A stretch of DNA of 64,000 nucleotides from contig ML992504.1 of the NCBI GenBank assembly GCA_010093995.1, positions 372,001-436,000 on the forward strand, read 5' to 3'. The notes under the pieces were generated by a model. It was not told the origin of the DNA. It saw only the letters and a list, made by a program, of their open reading frames with translations, and ran no database searches. A program made the translations under genes and the position numbers. The stretch's first letter is position 1, and every line of letters begins with the position of its first letter. Of the stretch, positions 58,069-64,000 are shown one piece after another. This stretch comes from Elsinoe ampelina. Its lineage: Eukaryota.

Positions 58069-58869
58069 ATGCATCTCGTCAAGCACGATGTCCAGGCCGA
58101 TGAACTCGAGGCGGCTATGCTTGGTCTCTCACTCAAGGATGACCTGAGCGATGACGAGAAGTCACCCAAAGCGCCATTTCCCTTCCTTGACCTTCCTCTC
58201 GAGCTACGTTTACGTATATACGAGCTTGCTCTCCTCCTCCCTGATCGTCTAATCGATCTCGACCCAACAAACTACCGCCGGCTTGTGCCGCGACTGCGAC
58301 TCTTTCAGGTCTGTAAGCAGGTGCATGAAGAGGCAGCAAGAGTGTTCTATGGTCTACACACGTTCAGAATCTTCCCTATGCACGGGAGATTCTTCCACAC
58401 CAAGAAACCACTACTGGCAAGACTCGTTCCCGAGTACAAGAAGGACATAACAGCGATGGAATTGAGACTAGGACCCGGCTGGGGGTCTCCACCCAAATGC
58501 CAGAAAGTGGATGAGAAGCTGGGATTACAACACTGCACATCTTTGCGAACGCTCAAAGTCTTCGTTGAAGTAGACCCAAGCGGTGACATCTTCAACGGAT
58601 TTCGAGGTCGCGGAAACGCCAAAGATACATACAAAATCTTCTCGGCTGCTTTGCTACAAGAGATACTCGAGCAGGCTACCAGTGTGCGCACCGTCGAGTT
58701 GGATGCGTACCCGAGTGTGAGCAAGGACTCGCCTCTCGTTGTTGCACTTGTCGACGTGGTGAAGAAGAACTCGAAGAAGCTTGTCTGGGGACCATTACGA
58801 GGTTGGAACGAAGACGAGGACTGCGATCAGATTGGTCTCGAGAGTACGCTGGCCTGCCTGCAGCTGTGA
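58069..58869 (+). CDS. F-box-like/2EXR-type domain protein (266 aa)
   Basis: FPFLDLPLELRLRIYELAL and LFQVCKQVHEEAARVFYG motifs. Confidence 0.8.
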   Translation: MHLVKHDVQADELEAAMLGLSLKDDLSDDEKSPKAPFPFLDLPLELRLRIYELALLLPDRLIDLDPTNYRRLVPRLRLFQVCKQVHEEAARVFYGLHTFRIFPMHGRFFHTKKPLLARLVPEYKKDITAMELRLGPGWGSPPKCQKVDEKLGLQHCTSLRTLKVFVEVDPSGDIFNGFRGRGNAKDTYKIFSAALLQEILEQATSVRTVELDAYPSVSKDSPLVVALVDVVKKNSKKLVWGPLRGWNEDEDCDQIGLESTLACLQL

Positions 58870-60141
58870 ACAAGAAACACACTGTCTACCACCTCTTCTG
58901 CTCGATCATGTCATCAAACGCAAACCTCCACTGGCGACCACATATCCCGAATCACCTTTCACGATCCCCACGACAATGTAGATAGCAACATGACGAATGA
59001 AATAACAAATCTCCCGTAACCACTGCCGAAGCACATGACGAGCTGGATCGTGGCTTGCGACTTGCCTGGTCTTCAATGCTGCTCTTGGCCAGCAACTAAT
59101 CCAAAGTTAGGGCAAGCATGATCTATTGGCAGCGCAAATCGATATCACATGCAAGATCAAACCCAACAAATACACGAGTCCGTCACTATTCCCAGTTCCT
59201 GGCTGATTTGATGCTTGTCACAATTTCCTACCTTCTCCACTACCAAGATGAAGCATGCTGGCCCGACATGTGATTGGCCGAATAATTTCTGTTCCTGAAA
59301 TGATTTCCTTCTAGCGCCGGACCGGTCCCTACCTTGCATTCGACGTTGATTAAATGCTTCGCGCGACGAGGAATGCAGAGGATAAACAAATGGGGATAGT
59401 TCATGGTCAGATGAAGGTGTCGCAGAGAGAGCAGTCCATGACTGTACTGTATCGTCCCTTGTCGTGCCTGCAAGATCATTGAACACCATTTGGACTGGAA
59501 ATTGATCAAGTTATCGATACATCTGCAGCCAAACACAAACTACCGGACGTGGCTTGAGCAGCTACCAACTTCTACAGTCTACGGTGCAACTTCGAGAACG
59601 CCCCCTTTCAACGACCGAGCAATCAACCTTTCCACCTCCATCATTACCGTTTCTTTTCAACAACGTCTTGCTCTTTTCCTCGTTACTCACGACCGTGATA
59701 ATCGATAATGAAATAGTCGCTCATTCAGCATAATCGCCATTCCCAGTCGCTCATTACACGCCACTTGCTCTCCTCGGACCGGTTTCAGACGCTCGTACCC
59801 ACAATCAGAAACAGGCCTGGTGAAACGCGAATAGCCTCAACTACACTCTCTTTCGGGCAATTGCAAGCTGTGCCTCTTTGAATCCGGCAAACCACTTCTG
59901 CAAGCACTTTGCGCCCTTCTCTCAACCTAGAACGTAGACTCGACTGACAACCATATTTCTTGGATCGCTTCATCTTGCATGCGCATCGTTCGCGACATCT
60001 TCTCAGACCTGCCACGATCTCTATATAGCAGGACCGCATCCATTCTAGGGCAAGTTCTGGAGGTGGACGACGCTACTACACAGTTACGCGATCCATAGCA
60101 CTCCCCCATCTCTTCTATTCGACCACTCCTCGATATAGACC

Positions 60142-60506
60142 ATGGCCACCGTCCGCGACCCAGCGTTCTGGAAACGCTTCAGCACGGCAGTCCACCTCAA
60201 CGATGTAGAATCCACAGCCGGCTCAGCGACATCAAGTCCAACCCTCAACAAACGCCCGACGCTAGACCACCAGTAGGGACTCTTCTACCTCGCACCTTAC
60301 CTGCCACGTACTGACTTGTTTGCAGAGACTCATGGCTCGACCGCCAACAAAAGAAGAGCAAGAAGCGCACCATGATCTGCTGGTTGTTCTGGATTGGTCT
60401 ACTTCTCTTCAGCGCTATTGTAACGGCAGTTGTAATTTACCTGATCAAGAGTGGCACGATGCAGCGGATAAAGGAGACCATCACTGGGGACGACGGGAAG
60501 TCGTAA
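60142..60506 (+). CDS. Small single-pass membrane protein, absent from the ORF track
   Basis: MATVRDPAFWKRFSTAVHL..HQ|DSWLDRQQKKSKKRTMICWLFWIGLLLFSAIVTAVVIYLI; intron 60273-60325 (GTAGGG..ACTGAC..CAG). Confidence 0.75.
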
Positions 60507-61001
60507 TGGAGTGTCGCAATTATTCGAGTCAAGCGGCCTGGACGGAAGGTCTTGCATGGGATTGTTCGGGGAGGATTCAGTGGACGAACACATGACCTGC
60601 TGGCACCAGTGACGGGCACACCAAAGTAGTGATGCTCGGTCAGTCACTGGACCGCACAGATGAAGTGGAGATTGTCGGGCGGCATACACGACGGAAGATT
60701 CATGTACATAATACCATGAGGACGCACATAGACTAGATAATGTATCACGACGCTCACACAGAGACGAATTTCGTGCAAAGAGGACGTTATAGATCAATGC
60801 TTTGATTCTCATGCTACAGACCAGCCTGAACGCCATCCATGCCGCTCATGCCTCGTGGGTATCTCTTCGTCCCATACTTTTCTGTGTTCTTGCCAGAAAC
60901 AGCCTGTCCATGCTTCTCTGCCTGGACGTATTCCGACCCTGCTACCATAGCACCTCTACAGCCCCGCTCCTCATCGCTCAACTCATTCCAACCTCTCGCG
61001 T

Positions 61002-61646
61002 CTAGTACCTCTTCTTACTCGGCTCCGGCGTCGGACTCCTCGACACACTCCTCTCATCCCTCCCCCTCGCCCTCAACCACTTCTTAGTACTCAACTCCAA
61101 CTCCCTATCCAAATCCGCACTCGGCTCCTTCCTATGAATGAAATTACAAAACCCGCCCCTCACGCACCCCTCCCCGCTGTTGAGTCTACAACACGCCTCC
61201 CTGAAATCCGTCACGGGGCTCAGTTCACAGTATATCGGCCTCCCCGCATACCACCTGCTATTCAACGCATCGCACGCCTTCTGCGCCGAATCCTCATACT
61301 TGAACCGCGCGTACACATTCCCGATCAAGTGGTCGTTATTGTTATCGCAAACCACCAGCTCCTCCAACTCGCCGTAGTTGCACAGTTCGCACCAGAGGTC
61401 TTCGTAGAAAGCGTCAAAGTTGGCTTGCATCTGCGCGGCGTCCATTTTGCCTTTCGCATAGCCGGCCGTGTCGACGTAAGCCGGGTTTTGGTAGAGGTTG
61501 GGGAGGAGGACTGTTTGGCTGTAGCTGGGCTTGACGTGTTTGCGGGAGCAGCGGTCGCCGTGGCGGCAGGCGCCGATTTTGTAGTAGAAGGAGCAGTTGA
61601 CTTTGTCTTGCTCTGTGCCGAAGATGGAGGCGAGGTAGTTGGCCAT
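61002..61646 (-). CDS. U2AF1: Splicing factor U2AF small subunit (214 aa), intronless
   Basis: MANYLASIFGTEQDKVNCSFYYKIGACRHGDRCSRKH (CCCH1), UHM domain, second CCCH finger and short RS tail. Confidence 0.97.
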   Translation of the reverse strand: MANYLASIFGTEQDKVNCSFYYKIGACRHGDRCSRKHVKPSYSQTVLLPNLYQNPAYVDTAGYAKGKMDAAQMQANFDAFYEDLWCELCNYGELEELVVCDNNNDHLIGNVYARFKYEDSAQKACDALNSRWYAGRPIYCELSPVTDFREACCRLNSGEGCVRGGFCNFIHRKEPSADLDRELELSTKKWLRARGRDERSVSRSPTPEPSKKRY

Positions 61647-62108
61647 TTTGAGGGGGAGAAAGAGGTGAGGCTAGCGAGAGAGAGGGTGGAGGCGCTTGTG
61701 GTGAAGATATCGAGACGTAAGGCGTTGTGCGACTCGATGCGACCAGTAGTGAGGGTTTGGTGAAGGTGTGATGTGATGTGGTTGTGATTGATAGCTGCGT
61801 CGAGGTCGAAGTTCTTTTCGGAGCTCAAGAAGCAGAGCCGCAAGAATGCTGACTCAGCGTTCCGCCGCAAATCCAACGATCGACTCTTCCAGAAACCCTC
61901 ACTCCTTCCAAACACCACATCTTCAGACCGTGTCTGTCTATACTCAAAGCGCTTGTAGGTTCGGTTCGACCTTGTTCTTAAGACTCAATCAAGTTCGAGT
62001 TGAGGTTTGCTATCAAATTTCCTTCTACGCTCGCTACTAACCTGTAATTGTTATCAGCCAGCCCGCCACCTTTGTAGAATCCTCAGCGTCATCACCGTGT
62101 CCGGAACG

Positions 62109-62381
62109 ATGGATTCTGGCACAGAGGATCTCTCAGCATCTCAAAAGATTTTGGTCAAGTTCCACCGGATGCACGACGGCGACGAGGTCTGGTTTAAGAT
62201 GAAACGCACTACCAAACTCGTGATGCTCTTTGAAGCATACTGCGAACACCGCGGTACACCTCTCCACCAGTGCCGCTTCATCTATTGGGGCAAGCAGATG
62301 GAGCATAATCATACGCCAGAGGATTACTACATGCAGCATGAAAACACAATTCATGTCGTGCCCGGGCTGAGGGGATCGTGA
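62109..62381 (+). CDS. Divergent SUMO/Rad60-SLD-like ubiquitin-fold protein (90 aa)
   Basis: EVWFKMKRTTKLVMLFEAYC..CRFIYWG..TPEDYYM..TIHV aligns by eye with Smt3; ends LRGS. Confidence 0.65.
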   Translation: MDSGTEDLSASQKILVKFHRMHDGDEVWFKMKRTTKLVMLFEAYCEHRGTPLHQCRFIYWGKQMEHNHTPEDYYMQHENTIHVVPGLRGS

Positions 62382-63477
62382 TGGTGGGAGGGCAGCCAAT
62401 GCTCCTGGAAAGAGAGACCATCGAGAACTCATGCGCACAGGACGCCTCAAACTACGGTCACAAGGTAGGCGACGCTCATGCAAGAATCGAAGACTTCTGC
62501 TCACACTTCCAGTCCCTGATTGCTCGGGATTTATCGTACTACTTCACCACGAGCTGCACAGGGATGATCAGTCAAATATGGTCGACCCGATAAAACGGCC
62601 TTTGTAACTCCATCGAGCGGCCACTGGTGCATCACCATTGGCAGTCACGCATCCGAGGAGCCCAGGGAGGAAAAACACATCGAGTACCAGGTGGTCCCAT
62701 AGCTTGGGGCTTCCCCTCAATCAAATGTCGAGATTTCATGGCAATGCATTCGGACAGTCAAAGAGAATACATATGATTGATCCACAACGTCGCTGAAGAG
62801 ACCTGTTCCCATTGTAGATTTCTTGCTCGTCCACGCAGAGTCGCGTGCTTGGTTGACCAGCGTGGAGCAGAGCCGCATGACGCTGACTCAGCCAACCTGC
62901 TACACTTCACGATCAGAGTCAGCGCTTCCAGGAGATAAGACTTACACGGGGCCCCGCAACAACATGCCACCCACCGGACGAGTATTCTTCCACTTAGAGT
63001 GAGATGATAAAGTCGACGACTCGTGTTTTGTATGGATATCGGCCCTTCTGCAGCCTGCCACGCTGGCTGACTGCGCGCTTCGACATCTCGACGGCCCCAA
63101 CTCATCATTTCACAGTAGGCTCAAACAGAGGCGCATAACTCAGAATGACAAAGCTCTCCTGGTTGGATGTGTTATTGACTGCTGAGCCTGCGGAAACCCT
63201 TGGCGCCTTCGCGTGTGAGGCTTGAGCTATCTAGGCGACGGTGGTATTTCGGTCACTCTTGTTTCATAAGCATCCCGCCGACATTTTGTGGTTGTACATG
63301 TCAAAATATGAGGTTTCGTGACGATTCAGGTAATACGACGTGAAAACTCGGTAGGTAATGCTATGCGACGAGCTCTTCTTATAAGTACTCGAGACGTATT
63401 CATGCTCAAACCTGCTCATCCACACTCACTCACACTCCTTCTTCACTGTCATTCGTTGAACCAAACTTCTATTCATC

Positions 63478-64000
63478 ATGAAGGTCGCATTGATTGCTCT
63501 TCTGGCCCAGGTGGCTTCAGCTCATTACTTCTTCGACAAGACCATCTACCAAGGCAAGGAATCTGCTACCAGCCAGTACATCCGAGCCTCCACCAGGGCC
63601 ACCAAGTACAACCCCATCAAGTTCTCCTCCAACCCAGCCGCCGACATCCGTGATGGCTCCACCATCGACGGCCCAGACGCCCGCTGCAACCAGGGCGCCT
63701 TCGCCAACGCAGGCCGCACCAACGTCCTCTCCGTCACCGCCGGGTCCTCCTTGACCGTCAAGCTCGCCGTCGGCGCCAAAATGCAGCACCCAGGTACGTC
63801 TCCCCCCCACCAACCCCTTCACCATAAACCCCAACTAACATCCCCCCAGGCCCCTCCCTCGCGTACATGTCCCGCGCCCCCAACGACAACGTCAAAACCT
63901 ACGACGGCTCGGGCAACTGGTTCAAAATCTACCAACAAGGCATCTGCAACGCCGGCGGCGACTTCACCATGGGCGCATGGTGCTCCTACAACAAGGACAC
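63478..64000 (+). CDS. AA9 lytic polysaccharide monooxygenase (GH61), 3'-truncated by the window end
   Basis: Signal peptide MKVALIALLAQVASA then His1 (HYFF); DARCN, MQHPG|PSLAYMSRAP and DGSGNWFKI motifs; intron 63794-63849. Confidence 0.93.
   Translation, partial: MKVALIALLAQVASAHYFFDKTIYQGKESATSQYIRASTRATKYNPIKFSSNPAADIRDGSTIDGPDARCNQGAFANAGRTNVLSVTAGSSLTVKLAVGAKMQHPGTSPPHQPLHHKPQLTSPQAPPSRTCPAPPTTTSKPTTARATGSKSTNKASATPAATSPWAHGAPTTRT

Noticed and set aside
61850..61856. TGACTCA elements near U2AF1 and at about 62884
   Set aside because: A 7-mer is expected several times by chance in 64 kb, and there is no supporting context.

Overview
Intron-containing genomic DNA from a filamentous ascomycete (GT..CTRAC..YAG introns of about 50 nt; probably a Dothideomycete, which is inference). 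About 25 genes were read by hand: a Leu3/LeuB-type Zn2Cys6 factor, NDUFAF3, three co-oriented Myb/SANT genes, a Dal5-family MFS transporter, flavohemoglobin, RPL34, PRP8, alpha-SNAP, a GatF/GatC-like subunit, cytosolic LeuRS, a PTH11-like receptor, an F-box-like protein, U2AF small subunit, a divergent SUMO-like ORF and a truncated AA9 LPMO. Blocks of decayed ORFs lie between them. No tRNA, rRNA, CRISPR array or intact transposon was seen. The most notable signals concern splicing of PRP8 itself. (i) Intron 1 has perfect 5' and branch signals but must end in AT, not AG, to give a full-length protein. (ii) Intron 3 carries an array of TCCTACCAG motifs exactly complementary to the weak 5' splice site of intron 2. 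(iii) Introns 2 and 3 flank a symmetric 105-nt exon encoding the alpha-finger region and the empty intein site. Together these suggest, by inference, an autoregulatory splicing-fidelity module. Other signals are a probable GG-AG intron in a Myb gene, a multi-helix RNA candidate in the long NDUFAF3 intron, a 132-nt-periodic 5'UTR micro-exon array, and recurring C-rich-to-G-rich skew switches. Nothing was checked against databases, and single-base anomalies could be assembly errors.
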